Source: a virus (lineage: Duplodnaviria; Caudoviricetes). From it: a stretch of 64,000 bases of DNA. A program made the translations under genes and the position numbers. The notes below the pieces were generated by a model. It made no database searches. It was not told the origin of the DNA and saw only the letters and a list, made by a program, of their open reading frames with translations. The stretch lies in IMG/VR virus record IMGVR_UViG_3300026176_000228, positions 40,756 through 104,755 of that record. One strand, given 5' to 3'. This document shows, one piece after another, positions 28,249-37,542 of this stretch; within the stretch, counting starts at the first letter, position 1, and each line of letters opens with the position of its first letter.

Positions 28249-28746
28249 ATGCCTACTGAAGTGCCTAAATCACCGTGGTTCGACCAAGAGTCACCTGCTA
28301 TCGCGATTCTGGAATTGATTGCTGAATGTGATGACTCAGAGCCTTACGAACTGAATGCGGGGGCGGTATTTCGCGCGGTCAATGGCAAATTCTTGGTCGT
28401 ATTTGTTTCGGGTTGTTCCTGTTGGCCCGACCGTGGCAGCACAACCCAAACTGTCTGCCATACACCAGTAGAAGTAGACCGCGCGTTAACTGGTTGGCAC
28501 ACGCTCAGGGACTATTGGCAAAACTGGCTCAGAAAGGATAACTTGAAAGTGAAGACTATCTATGAAACCGCCGATGGGCAACAGTTTACCGATTATTCTG
28601 CCGCCGAAGAACATGAGCGCACGTTGCGATTGGTGGACTGGCTTGACAGTCAATTGGGTAAAACTGGCATGTATAGCACCCGTGAATTCGCAGCCTTGTT
28701 CACGAATGAAACCGCGCGTGCGGAGTTTATGCGCTTGTTGAGCTAA
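28249..28746 (+). CDS. Array cassette: hypothetical protein (SGCSCW motif)
   Basis: Flanked by palindromes. Confidence 0.6.
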   Translation: MPTEVPKSPWFDQESPAIAILELIAECDDSEPYELNAGAVFRAVNGKFLVVFVSGCSCWPDRGSTTQTVCHTPVEVDRALTGWHTLRDYWQNWLRKDNLKVKTIYETADGQQFTDYSAAEEHERTLRLVDWLDSQLGKTGMYSTREFAALFTNETARAEFMRLLS

Positions 28747-28753
28747 AATCATT

Positions 28754-28915
28754 TTTAGCATATGCCAAATCTACAGTTCCGCGCGGCTCTCCACCGCGGC
28801 GCTAAATACTCAGTCCCTACTCAAGAATCGTCAATCGAAGAAAGCACACTGAGTCAAATCAGTCTCGTACTGCGCGCGTAAGAGTACCGGGATTGTAAAT
28901 TTGGCATATGCTAAA
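28754..28915 (+). ncRNA. Putative multi-stem RNA cassette closed by a 27-bp stem
   Basis: 28754-28780 pairs with 28889-28915 (1 mismatch, 2 G-U); internal stems CGCGG/CCGCG, ACTCAGT/ACTGAGT, GTACT/AGTAC; no ORF. Confidence 0.5.
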
Positions 28916-28928
28916 CTGGAGCAAAAAC

Positions 28929-29363
28929 ATGATTACGTCATTCCAGGGTGAACATAGATTTCTGTCAAATTTCAGTCCTTGCAATGTTGAATTTGAAGGT
29001 ATGGTTTTCCCGACCGTCGAACACGCGTATCAGGCGGCTAAAACGCTTGACCTAAGCTTGCGGCAACAGATTGCTGCTTTGCCTACTCCTGGTAAAGCCA
29101 AGCGTTTTGGGCGTCAACTGGAATTGCGTCCTGATTGGGACAGATTACGCGTGTCTATCATGTTGCAATTGCTCATAAGTAAATTCACGCACGAACCGTG
29201 GCGTGGTTTACTTATCGCCACGCGTGACGAAGAATTAATCGAAGGTAATACTTGGGGCGATAGATTCTGGGGCGCGGAATTAGTCAACGGTGTTTGGGTT
29301 GGTGAAAATAAGCTTGGTCGCTCATTGATGTTGGTGCGTGAAACGTTGCTTGAGGCTAAATAG
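28929..29363 (+). CDS. NADAR (YbiA-like) family protein
   Basis: FLSNF, FPTVEHAYQAAK, AKRFGR, KF, WGDRFWG, GENKLGRSLM. Confidence 0.9.
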   Translation: MITSFQGEHRFLSNFSPCNVEFEGMVFPTVEHAYQAAKTLDLSLRQQIAALPTPGKAKRFGRQLELRPDWDRLRVSIMLQLLISKFTHEPWRGLLIATRDEELIEGNTWGDRFWGAELVNGVWVGENKLGRSLMLVRETLLEAK

Positions 29364-29390
29364 ATTTGGCATATGCTAAATTCCAACCGT

Positions 29391-29428
29391 GAGACGGGCG
29401 ACTACTCAATAGTCGCCCGTCTCTTTTT
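29391..29428 (+). terminator. Intrinsic terminator
   Basis: 14-bp stem GAGACGGGCGACTA/TAGTCGCCCGTCTC then TTTTT. Confidence 0.8.
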
Positions 29429-29467
29429 GCGTTCAAAAATAAATCAATTTTAGAAAGGAATCAAACC

Positions 29468-29722
29468 GTGAAAACCATTGTGATAATCAATACTGATTAC
29501 GCGCGACAAGATGTAGAAGTGGAATTTCGTGAAGATGTCGCCAAAGGTGATGTGCGCTTTGAAACTCGTCCCGATATGTCTGATTTGCCTTGGGACGTAC
29601 GCGATGGCTTAAGGCAATTGGATAGAATTGGTGAATTCTAGCTGGCAGTTCCTATTGTACAACGTCTCTTGAACTGTACAGAGGATGAAGCTATGAGTGT
29701 GATGCATCAACTGTGTGACTGA
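29468..29722 (+). pseudogene. Paralogue of 26180..26494 with in-frame TAG at 29639
   Basis: MKTIVIINTDY...DLPWDVRDGLRQLDRIGEF*LAVPIVQRLL...; frame continues to a TGA next to palindrome 29724. Confidence 0.6.
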
Positions 29723-29765
29723 TTTTGGCATATGCCAAATCCTAAATCCTGAAAGGAGTAAACCA

Positions 29766-30008
29766 ATGAAAGTCTACTCCCTAGCGCAAGACTATCAGCA
29801 TCTCTCCAAGTTTCGTTGTCCTGACCCTCTGATGTGGCGTTCACATCGTCTACGGCGCAGACGTTGGGGTTGTCGGGCCAAGGAACTTCTGCATCGTAAC
29901 TTACGACGCGAAAAACGTCGCGAGATTAGGAGTCTGTATCATGGTGGAACATGCGAACCTGAGGTATCTCCAACGGGCGTTGCATTTTCCCGGTGTAGCC
30001 ATCAGTGA
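29766..30008 (+). CDS. Array cassette: Arg-rich protein
   Basis: AAAGGAG RBS. Confidence 0.5.
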   Translation: MKVYSLAQDYQHLSKFRCPDPLMWRSHRLRRRRWGCRAKELLHRNLRREKRREIRSLYHGGTCEPEVSPTGVAFSRCSHQ

Positions 30009-30198
30009 CATTATTGCTGCCGAACAACGCGCGGAAGCCAAGAAGTATAAGAACGTCGCGTTTGTCTTAGGGCAAAACGGGCAAGAATTGTTTTTGTCCA
30101 TCGTGCGCAGTCAGCAGACGCAAACTTGCATGACTACCAATCGGCAGGGTCTCTCGCCTAAACGGTTACGCGTAGATAAGGTGATTTACGCGTGTTAA
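29941..30198 (+). CDS. Array cassette: hypothetical protein
   Basis: AGGAG RBS; stop abuts palindrome 30199. Confidence 0.55.
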   Translation: MVEHANLRYLQRALHFPGVAISDIIAAEQRAEAKKYKNVAFVLGQNGQELFLSIVRSQQTQTCMTTNRQGLSPKRLRVDKVIYAC

Positions 30199-30246
30199 TT
30201 TGGCATATGCCAAATCAGAAAGGAATAACTTTTCTGATAGAAAGGT

Positions 30247-30732
30247 GTGATTAGCATGTTAGTAGATTATGAATTTGTCTTTCCCCTAGAACCGCAGCAC
30301 GTCGAAGCTGAACGTCCTACTGACCGACTCTGGGATGGCATTGATTTTGAAATGAGTTGTCCTGCACGCCTAGAGCAAGGTGTCTATTTCGTGCCGGAAG
30401 GTATTGATAACTGGTTACGTAATGAATTTGATGAAGATTGGCAACATTATCCCGCAGATTTGCCCACGCCTTTGTACTGCTATGGTGTATGCGACAGCGC
30501 GACACAATTTCGCGTATGCTGGTTGCCACTTCTACTCCAATCTAATCGCAAGTTTCTAGTTGTCTTGGGCCATTTACACAAGATTGACGAACCCGTACAG
30601 GGTGGCTGGCGTTGGCATAAGTGGGGGCCATACATTGGCACTAAGCAACCGCGTCATGAATATCTTTATGACGAAGGGCCGGAAATCACGCGTGTTTGCC
30701 TGTTTCAGATTTATGAGTATTTGAACGTGTAG
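30247..30732 (+). CDS. Array cassette: conserved-type phage protein
   Basis: YGVCDS...GGWRWHKWGPYIG...EYLYDE motif. Confidence 0.65.
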   Translation: MISMLVDYEFVFPLEPQHVEAERPTDRLWDGIDFEMSCPARLEQGVYFVPEGIDNWLRNEFDEDWQHYPADLPTPLYCYGVCDSATQFRVCWLPLLLQSNRKFLVVLGHLHKIDEPVQGGWRWHKWGPYIGTKQPRHEYLYDEGPEITRVCLFQIYEYLNV

Positions 30733-30764
30733 TTTTTAGCATATGCCAAAAAGGAGAATGAAAA

Positions 30765-31103
30765 ATGCTCAAGGTTGAATACTGTCCCGAAGGCTGGGCT
30801 GTGAGTGACTGGGAAGGCGCGGATTTTCTCTTGCGCGTACGCAATGCAACTGACAATTTCGATACCATTCAAGTCTCCACTTCTCTGCCTATCTATCTCC
30901 TGCAACGCGAAGTTGTACGCGGTAATCTCGCGCCCGAAGCCGTAGAAATCATCTATAACGGTCAAGCCTACCATATCAATGAGTATGGCGCGATTCCTGA
31001 CTGGCCTACGGGACTGGCTGATATTTCATGTCATATCGCGCAGGATATCTTGGAACACGCGATGGCAAAGCGCAAGGTACAGCGAGCCAAGCGCGGTTTT
31101 TAG
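30765..31103 (+). CDS. Array cassette: hypothetical protein
   Basis: Stop TAG lies inside palindrome 31099. Confidence 0.6.
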   Translation: MLKVEYCPEGWAVSDWEGADFLLRVRNATDNFDTIQVSTSLPIYLLQREVVRGNLAPEAVEIIYNGQAYHINEYGAIPDWPTGLADISCHIAQDILEHAMAKRKVQRAKRGF

Positions 31104-31128
31104 CATATGCCAAAAAGGAGTCGCTACC

Positions 31129-31311
31129 ATGCTAGATAAACTGTATCTAGAAATCACCTTAGGCTACGGTAAGTATCATTTCAACTATCATTTTCGCTGT
31201 TTCGGTAGTTGGTGTTGGCTACCCCAAAACAGAGTCAAGATAGAACCAGAATTCTGGGGTACAGATGCGTGGTGCTGGAAATGGGGTTATTTCTTTTTGT
31301 CTAAATACTAA
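31129..31311 (+). CDS. Array cassette: aromatic-rich small protein
   Basis: AAGGAG RBS. Confidence 0.5.
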   Translation: MLDKLYLEITLGYGKYHFNYHFRCFGSWCWLPQNRVKIEPEFWGTDAWCWKWGYFFLSKY

Positions 31312-31324
31312 AAGGAGTCACGAT

Positions 31325-31519
31325 ATGGAAGCAGGTAGTCGCGAAGCCATCAAATATGAACTCCAACACGGCACTATCTGGACGGTCATTGACGAACTGT
31401 TACACGCGCTCGACCACGTATGGGCGCGCCTACCTATTCTGGATAGTTTGCTCTATCGCTATTGTCAGTGGGCGCATCGCGCTGAAATCGAAGCTATTCA
31501 ACGCGAACCTGAAGATTGA
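31325..31519 (+). CDS. Array cassette: hypothetical protein
   Basis: AAGGAG RBS. Confidence 0.5.
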   Translation: MEAGSREAIKYELQHGTIWTVIDELLHALDHVWARLPILDSLLYRYCQWAHRAEIEAIQREPED

Positions 31520-31555
31520 TTTTTGGCATATGCCAAATCTGGAAGGAGAACTCCA

Positions 31556-31987
31556 ATGCGTTTCTATGTCATCTATTCATTCGACATACCGTATGAAGAT
31601 TCAGTCAAGCCCTGGACACCGCGTCGCGTGTTCAAGCTGCAAACTACAGAACGGCACGATGGCGCAGATGGTGACTATGACTATTTGGGCGATAACTGGA
31701 CTAAGAGCAAACATCGCAAGTATGTCGGCTTTCTGAGCAAAGCACAACTGCGGCAACTGTGTTGGGATATGGGTTTTCGGCCCGAAGAAACTGAAACCAT
31801 GGGTAGTCTGACTGAATACGGTTGGTTGCCCGCGATTAGCTTCAATGCGGAGACTGAATACTATGATGTTATCGGAAATATGTACGTGACGCCTATTCCT
31901 CAAAAACCTAACGGGGATGACTTTGAGGAAATGGATGAGCGCGATTGGGAACGCGTACGCGCCGCGGTTATTAGTTATTTTAGCTAA
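31556..31987 (+). CDS. Array cassette: hypothetical protein
   Basis: AAGGAG RBS; flanked by palindromes. Confidence 0.6.
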   Translation: MRFYVIYSFDIPYEDSVKPWTPRRVFKLQTTERHDGADGDYDYLGDNWTKSKHRKYVGFLSKAQLRQLCWDMGFRPEETETMGSLTEYGWLPAISFNAETEYYDVIGNMYVTPIPQKPNGDDFEEMDERDWERVRAAVISYFS

Positions 31988-32016
31988 TTTGGCATATGCC
32001 AAAAAGGAGCCAGGCA

Positions 32017-32250
32017 ATGATTCGCGTTATTCTGACATCGCGACCAGATTATAAGAAGCTGGCGGCTGATATTCTCTCGGTAGAAACCGTTTCATTTGAC
32101 ACGAATAATCTTGAGTTACTAGAAGAATTGGCAACCCAAGCCGAAGAAGCGGGTATTCCAATTGAATTCATGCTCAATGAAACCATGTTCACCGCGCGTG
32201 AAGTCCTGATTGCGCTAAGGGATGATATTGAAATCAGGCCGCGCGGATAA
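32017..32250 (+). CDS. Array cassette: hypothetical protein
   Basis: Flanked by palindromes. Confidence 0.55.
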   Translation: MIRVILTSRPDYKKLAADILSVETVSFDTNNLELLEELATQAEEAGIPIEFMLNETMFTAREVLIALRDDIEIRPRG

Positions 32251-32287
32251 TTTGGCATATGCCAAATCAAAGAAAGGAACCTAAGTC

Positions 32288-32776
32288 ATGAAGCACAAGC
32301 ACTGGGGCATAACTATAGACGATACTGAACCCACCACGGGTGTCTACAATGGCAATGATGTAAGTGGTTTTGTCTACGATAATCAAATTGACCCTAACGC
32401 ACAGCGCTTCTGTCCCTATTGCGGCAATGCAACTGTTATCACCTGCCCAAGCTGCGATAACTCCATTTGCTATACCTGCGTCAAAGAAATTGACTGGTCA
32501 ATGGTAGATGGTGAGACAACTGAATGGCTACTGGGCAGTTGGGTAGAGGAAAATGGTGAGTGGGCAGTCGATAAGACTGGTGGTGACTTCGCGGCCCTGT
32601 ATGACTCCAATATGAATGTGATTCAGGTAGTTTGGTCTAACAGTATTCGTTATGGCCGCATGTGTTCACCGTGCTATCCAGGACAAGTGGACGCGCGCGT
32701 AGATGACCCGGAGCAGCCCGATGAGGTTTGCTGGCAACCATATTACGCGTTGCCGGATGATTTGCTGACTGAATAA
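32288..32776 (+). CDS. Array cassette: zinc-ribbon protein (CSPCYPGQ)
   Basis: CPYC, CPSC, CYTC, CSPC. Confidence 0.6.
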   Translation: MKHKHWGITIDDTEPTTGVYNGNDVSGFVYDNQIDPNAQRFCPYCGNATVITCPSCDNSICYTCVKEIDWSMVDGETTEWLLGSWVEENGEWAVDKTGGDFAALYDSNMNVIQVVWSNSIRYGRMCSPCYPGQVDARVDDPEQPDEVCWQPYYALPDDLLTE

Positions 32777-32816
32777 TTTGGCATATGCCAAAAACTTACA
32801 CAAAGGAGAATTCTCA

Positions 32817-33050
32817 ATGCTTATCAAACTGCTCAATAAAAAGCTGGTCGAGTACGCGGGTTTCGATACCGCGCGTGTCAGTGTCCTAAACGATGGTTTT
32901 GTGACCGTCGAAGTGCCTTACACGGAACTAGCGCAAGCCTTTAGCGCAGATGCCGCCGCGACTTACTGTAAGAATCCTGATGGTTGGGTAACGCTGCGCT
33001 TCTTTGATACCTATACTGAGTTTGAAGATTGGCTTTGCGGAGACGAATAA
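32817..33050 (+). CDS. Array cassette: hypothetical protein
   Basis: AAGGAG RBS; C-terminus resembles that of 36203..36430 (F..Y..FEDWL). Confidence 0.55.
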   Translation: MLIKLLNKKLVEYAGFDTARVSVLNDGFVTVEVPYTELAQAFSADAAATYCKNPDGWVTLRFFDTYTEFEDWLCGDE

Positions 33051-33093
33051 AACAATTTAGAATATACCAAATCTAAAAAGAAAGGGTTTAATC

Positions 33094-33345
33094 ATGGAAA
33101 TTACATCTGAAGTTGTCTCACCGTGGAAGAAGGTCTACGAATTGGAAACGCGCCTCACTAAAGCACGGCGCGCGTTGGCCGAGAAGCGTAATGCTATCGC
33201 GTTCAAGGAACAGGAAATCGTGCGGCTCAAGAGTGAAATTGATAGCGCGAAGATTGACGAAACAACCATCAATCTTGAGCTTTACGCATTGACCAAAGAT
33301 TATGAAACTGCTTTGTTTGCCGCGACTTACGCTGAGAAGTATTAA
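33094..33345 (+). CDS. Array cassette: coiled-coil protein
   Basis: Heptad-like composition. Confidence 0.55.
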   Translation: MEITSEVVSPWKKVYELETRLTKARRALAEKRNAIAFKEQEIVRLKSEIDSAKIDETTINLELYALTKDYETALFAATYAEKY

Positions 33346-33384
33346 TACATTTTGGCATATGCCAAAAAGGAAAGGAATCTAAAT

Positions 33385-33606
33385 ATGTTATATCGTTCAG
33401 CTTGGATTTGGCATTGCACTGATGGCGGCTACATGGTGGATTTTGATCGTTGGTACCTTTACCCCAAACCGCCTGTTGGTCAACGCTATAAGAAAATGTC
33501 ACTGGCTTCCATTAACCGCTTGCTGAGTTGCAAATATAAATCCATGTATGCTCTAGCTATGCAGGATGACATTGTTATTGTTATTACATTTCCAGCAAGG
33601 GCATAA
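33385..33606 (+). CDS. Array cassette: hypothetical protein
   Basis: Flanked by palindromes. Confidence 0.5.
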   Translation: MLYRSAWIWHCTDGGYMVDFDRWYLYPKPPVGQRYKKMSLASINRLLSCKYKSMYALAMQDDIVIVITFPARA

Positions 33607-33661
33607 TTAATTTTTGGCATATGCCAAATCCTCTTTGTAAAAACAGAAAGGAATATAATCC

Positions 33662-34921
33662 GTGAACGCTTTACCAGAACTCGATCAATTGTTTGTCGTA
33701 GAATGGCCCGACATGGTAGACGAAGATGGTCAGGATAATGTTAAACTTGCTCTGCGCCGCATCTTGAGTAACGCTCCTGGTGCATTAACTTACTCCGAAA
33801 AACTCAATGGTCGTTCCTATGATTACTACAACATCTTGCCTAGGGATTGGAATTGGAATTGGGTTGTCAAGGGCAAGGGTGTCTATGTCGGTACGCTGCC
33901 CAAGCGTATCAGCAAGTATATTAAGACTACCTTTGATTACAACTTGACACCAGAACAGTTATCCGAAATCGGTAATATCGCGCGGCGCTATTCAGCCATC
34001 AGCACTAAGTTGCACGTGGATTTGACCGCGACTTTTGATTGGTATCGCGGTGATTTTGGTGATGATGGCTCTTGCTTTTGGGGTAGCAATGAGGGCGCGC
34101 GCGAGTTGCTTGAAGAACACGGCGCGTTGGCGATTCGACTTTACAAGGCTCCCGCGGAAGGCAGTGACACTTCTAAGCCGCGCGGTTGTGGGCGCGCGTG
34201 GATTCTGCCGCCTGACGCCCACGCGAAAGGTGATTTTTACATTGTTTTCAATGGTTATGGTGGCCCGACGCAGGAGAACGGGCATCATACCGAATACGAA
34301 ACTTTGGCCTACGCGCGGCTACTGGCTGATATTGTTAGCGCAACTTACAAGAAAATTGATTTCTACAATAACGGTGAATCCGATGGTTTACTGTATATCA
34401 ATGGTGGCCGCGCATACGCAGTAGGTGACGCGGAAACCCTGCGCAATATCGAGCAGGTCAATCTGCATTGGGAAACCTATGACTTGTGCTGTGAAAACTG
34501 CGGCGACAGGCTTAGTGAAGATGAAGTCTATTCCTACGACGGTGAATCCTACTGCGAATCCTGCTACGACGAAATGTTTAGGACTTGCGATGGTTGTGAA
34601 AGCACCTTCGCGCGTGATGATTTGACTTATGTTCCCGATACGGGTGATTACTGTGAAAATTGCTTGAATGACCGCTTCTATTCCTGTGATCGCTGTGGCC
34701 GTTACACGGATACAGATGAAACCGTAACCGTAAGAACTTACGCTTATTATAGTGCCTACAATGAGCAGGAATGGTGTCCGCGCTGCCAGGAAAACTACGC
34801 GACTTACTGCGAAACATGTGAAGTTTACTATGCAAACGACATGAATCATGAATGTGAAGACGAAACCGAAGCTGAAGCCGAAGCAGCCGAGCCAGAACAG
34901 GAGTTGACTTGTGAAAATTAA
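33662..34921 (+). CDS. Protein with C-terminal CxxC repeats
   Basis: DFGDDGSCFW, GRAW, then about 7 CxxC motifs. Confidence 0.65.
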   Translation: MNALPELDQLFVVEWPDMVDEDGQDNVKLALRRILSNAPGALTYSEKLNGRSYDYYNILPRDWNWNWVVKGKGVYVGTLPKRISKYIKTTFDYNLTPEQLSEIGNIARRYSAISTKLHVDLTATFDWYRGDFGDDGSCFWGSNEGARELLEEHGALAIRLYKAPAEGSDTSKPRGCGRAWILPPDAHAKGDFYIVFNGYGGPTQENGHHTEYETLAYARLLADIVSATYKKIDFYNNGESDGLLYINGGRAYAVGDAETLRNIEQVNLHWETYDLCCENCGDRLSEDEVYSYDGESYCESCYDEMFRTCDGCESTFARDDLTYVPDTGDYCENCLNDRFYSCDRCGRYTDTDETVTVRTYAYYSAYNEQEWCPRCQENYATYCETCEVYYANDMNHECEDETEAEAEAAEPEQELTCEN

Positions 34922-35846
34922 TCTAGATACCCTACGCGCGGTGTGCGCGGCTAACATTCATGATTTTGCCAAGTATGGCGACGTAGTTACCACCAAGCGC
35001 GGTATGTATATCTTTCAGGATAACGGAGCGGATGTGTTAGCGGTCGCGCATCTGGATACCGTACTGCCCTTCAAGCAGTTCAGTTTGCGCCAAGATAAAC
35101 ATGCCAAGTTCATCCTAACCCAAACTCTAGATGACCGTTTGGGAGCCTATTTGCTACTACATTACTTGAAGGCGACCTGTAAATACGATATTTTGCTAAC
35201 TGAAAACGAAGAACGCTGCATGTCTACCGCGCGCGACTTTACGCCGCCGCGCCAGTACAACTGGGCTTTTGAATTTGATAGGGCGGGTACAGATGTCGTA
35301 ATGTACCAGTATGAAAATGATACTATGACTGACGCGGTTGAGGACGCGGGTTTCAAAGTAGGCATTGGCTCGTATTCGGATATTGCAGATTTGGATATCA
35401 ACGCGGGAGCTTTCAATTTCGGTACGGGTTACTATGCCAATCACATGCCCCACGCGTACGCGAATTTGGCTGAAACTAAAGCTAACGCAGATAAATTCAG
35501 CCAGGTGTTTTATCCCAAATATAAAGAACAGCATTTTGAGTATACCGAAATTGATTTTACGATTCCCCATTTCTCAGCGCGCGCCGCGGGTGCCTTGCGC
35601 TGGCAACTGTGTGATGTGTGCGGCCAAATGGCGACCACGGACAGCTTTGGTATGTATCTGTGTGATAACTGTTTGCGTTACACGGATAATGATGGCGAGC
35701 AACCCTATGACTTAATGGAGTGCGAGTGGTGTAATGATTGGGTGACGCCTAATGAGCTTACGGCTATGGATTTTATGGGCGTGCATTATGTGTGTAATCA
35801 TTGCAAGACGTTGTTGCTGCGCGAGGGCGCGGAAGTCGTCGCGTAA
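34911..35846 (+). CDS. M28-like zinc peptidase-fold protein with zinc fingers
   Basis: VAHLDTV, LDDRLG, ENEE, EFDR.G, SYSDI, GYY..H. Confidence 0.7.
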   Translation: MKINLDTLRAVCAANIHDFAKYGDVVTTKRGMYIFQDNGADVLAVAHLDTVLPFKQFSLRQDKHAKFILTQTLDDRLGAYLLLHYLKATCKYDILLTENEERCMSTARDFTPPRQYNWAFEFDRAGTDVVMYQYENDTMTDAVEDAGFKVGIGSYSDIADLDINAGAFNFGTGYYANHMPHAYANLAETKANADKFSQVFYPKYKEQHFEYTEIDFTIPHFSARAAGALRWQLCDVCGQMATTDSFGMYLCDNCLRYTDNDGEQPYDLMECEWCNDWVTPNELTAMDFMGVHYVCNHCKTLLLREGAEVVA

Positions 35847-35892
35847 GATTTGGCATATGCCAAAATCAGAAAAGAAGAAAGGACTAAAACTA

Positions 35893-36135
35893 ATGGCTAA
35901 CCATACTTGCAACTACTTTGACAGACAATATAAATTCGCCGTTGATGACCCCCTGCGCGAACTTGTGCCGGATATGAAAGATTGTCCATTCTGTGGTGAA
36001 CACAATAAGTATGCTTTAGTGGTCTACATCAGTGACCACTATGCGCTTTATTGTGCTAAGTGCGACTGCGAGGGGCCATACTCTAATAGTGTTGAGGAAG
36101 CTTTTGAGTTGTGGAATCACAGGAGTTCACTATGA
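35893..36135 (+). CDS. Lar-family restriction-alleviation-like protein
   Basis: KDCPFCG...CAKCDCEGP...EEAFELWN.R. Confidence 0.65.
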   Translation: MANHTCNYFDRQYKFAVDDPLRELVPDMKDCPFCGEHNKYALVVYISDHYALYCAKCDCEGPYSNSVEEAFELWNHRSSL

Positions 36136-36202
36136 ATAACCGTATCTTCCACTCCGCTGAATTCCAAGCCAGTACACGCGTTTATCCAGAAAGGCTAATA
36201 CA

Positions 36203-36430
36203 ATGTCTACTCTCAAATCTGAAGTTCTCAAACGCCGTGCTTCACTAGCAGCTAAGGCGCGTTTTGAACATTTTGAAGATGGGCGCGTCAAGATGTATGT
36301 CACAATTCCTGATTGGTCTGCGGTAGATGACGACGCGACCAGTGCGCCTTTGCGTGAGATTTTGAATTATGATTTCGATTGTCAGGCACATTACGAAGAT
36401 TGGCTCAACGCGATTGATATTCCAGATTGA
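36203..36430 (+). CDS. Array cassette: hypothetical protein
   Basis: Ends just before palindrome 36433. Confidence 0.55.
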   Translation: MSTLKSEVLKRRASLAAKARFEHFEDGRVKMYVTIPDWSAVDDDATSAPLREILNYDFDCQAHYEDWLNAIDIPD

Positions 36431-36466
36431 AATTTGGCATATGCTAAATAAGAAAGGACTTCTAAA

Positions 36467-37465
36467 ATGAGTCAACACAGTGTCAATGTTGTACGTTTGG
36501 GTAATATTGCACCACATCCCAATGCTGATACTCTGGACACAACCACGGTCAATGGTTTCACCTGCGTGATTCGGCGCGGTGATTTTCAACCAGGCGACCT
36601 TGCACTTTACATCGAACCGGATTACGTTGTACCGCTGGATAATCCACTGTTTACCTTCCTACGACCTGAAAATCATCCTGAACGCATCGTGCAACGCATT
36701 GGTGTCAAGCGTCTGCGCGGTATCTATTCCATGGGCCTGCTGCTACCTGCACCCGCGGGCGCGCAAGAGGGTGATGATTTGATGGAAGCTCTGGGTATCA
36801 CGCGCTATGAGCCACCTGAACAAACTGATGCCAACACTGGCGGGGCAACCGAAGCCCCGCCTTATCGTCAGGTGATTCCAACTTATGACTTGGAAAACTT
36901 GCGCAAATGGCAGGCTAAAGTTGAAGGCCATCAAGTTATTATCACCGAAAAAGTCCACGGCACAAACGCCCGCTATGTCTGGTCAAGCGCATATGAGCGC
37001 ATGTTCTGTGGCTCACGGCGTGAATGGAAGAAGGAAGACGCGACTAATCTATGGTGGCGCGCGCTGGCGCAGAATCCGTGGATCGCAGAATGGTGCCAAA
37101 AGCATCCTGATGTAATTCTGTGGGGTGAAGTTTATGGTTGGGTACAAGATTTGCGTTATGGGGCCAAGCCGGGTGAATTTTTCTTCCGCGTGTTTGATAT
37201 CTATACCGTAGATAGTGCGACTTTCTGGTTGCCCGGCATGGCGCAGAGTATCTTTGGCGCACGCGCCATGCCAATTGTGTATCAGGGTATCTACCCTGGT
37301 TTCGCGGCAGTTGAACAAATGGCGGATGCTGATAGCGCATTGGCAAAGCATATCCGCGAAGGCGTAGTTATCGAAGTAACTGATATGCCAAATGAATGGG
37401 ATACTGATTTGCAAGCTTGGCGCATTAAGTTGAAGTTGCCCGGTAATAAATATCTCAGTCGTTGA
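36467..37465 (+). CDS. ATP-dependent RNA ligase, DRB0094/Rnl5-like
   Basis: N-terminal OB module HPNAD...LRGIYSMG; motif I TEKVHGTN; GEVYG, FDI, REGVV, KLK. Confidence 0.85.
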   Translation: MSQHSVNVVRLGNIAPHPNADTLDTTTVNGFTCVIRRGDFQPGDLALYIEPDYVVPLDNPLFTFLRPENHPERIVQRIGVKRLRGIYSMGLLLPAPAGAQEGDDLMEALGITRYEPPEQTDANTGGATEAPPYRQVIPTYDLENLRKWQAKVEGHQVIITEKVHGTNARYVWSSAYERMFCGSRREWKKEDATNLWWRALAQNPWIAEWCQKHPDVILWGEVYGWVQDLRYGAKPGEFFFRVFDIYTVDSATFWLPGMAQSIFGARAMPIVYQGIYPGFAAVEQMADADSALAKHIREGVVIEVTDMPNEWDTDLQAWRIKLKLPGNKYLSR

Positions 37466-37490
37466 AATTTGGCATATGCCAAAATGACTC

Positions 37491-37528
37491 ACTACCCTGG
37501 TCTAAAAAGCTAGGGTAGTTTTGTTTTT
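37491..37528 (+). terminator. Intrinsic terminator
   Basis: ACTACCCTGG/CTAGGGTAGT then T-rich tail. Confidence 0.65.
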
Positions 37529-37542
37529 AGAAGGGTTCTATC

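Noticed and set aside
29639-29641. Genome-wide TAG recoding
   Set aside because: Many genes end in TAG exactly at cassette or operon boundaries, and long genes are intact under the standard code
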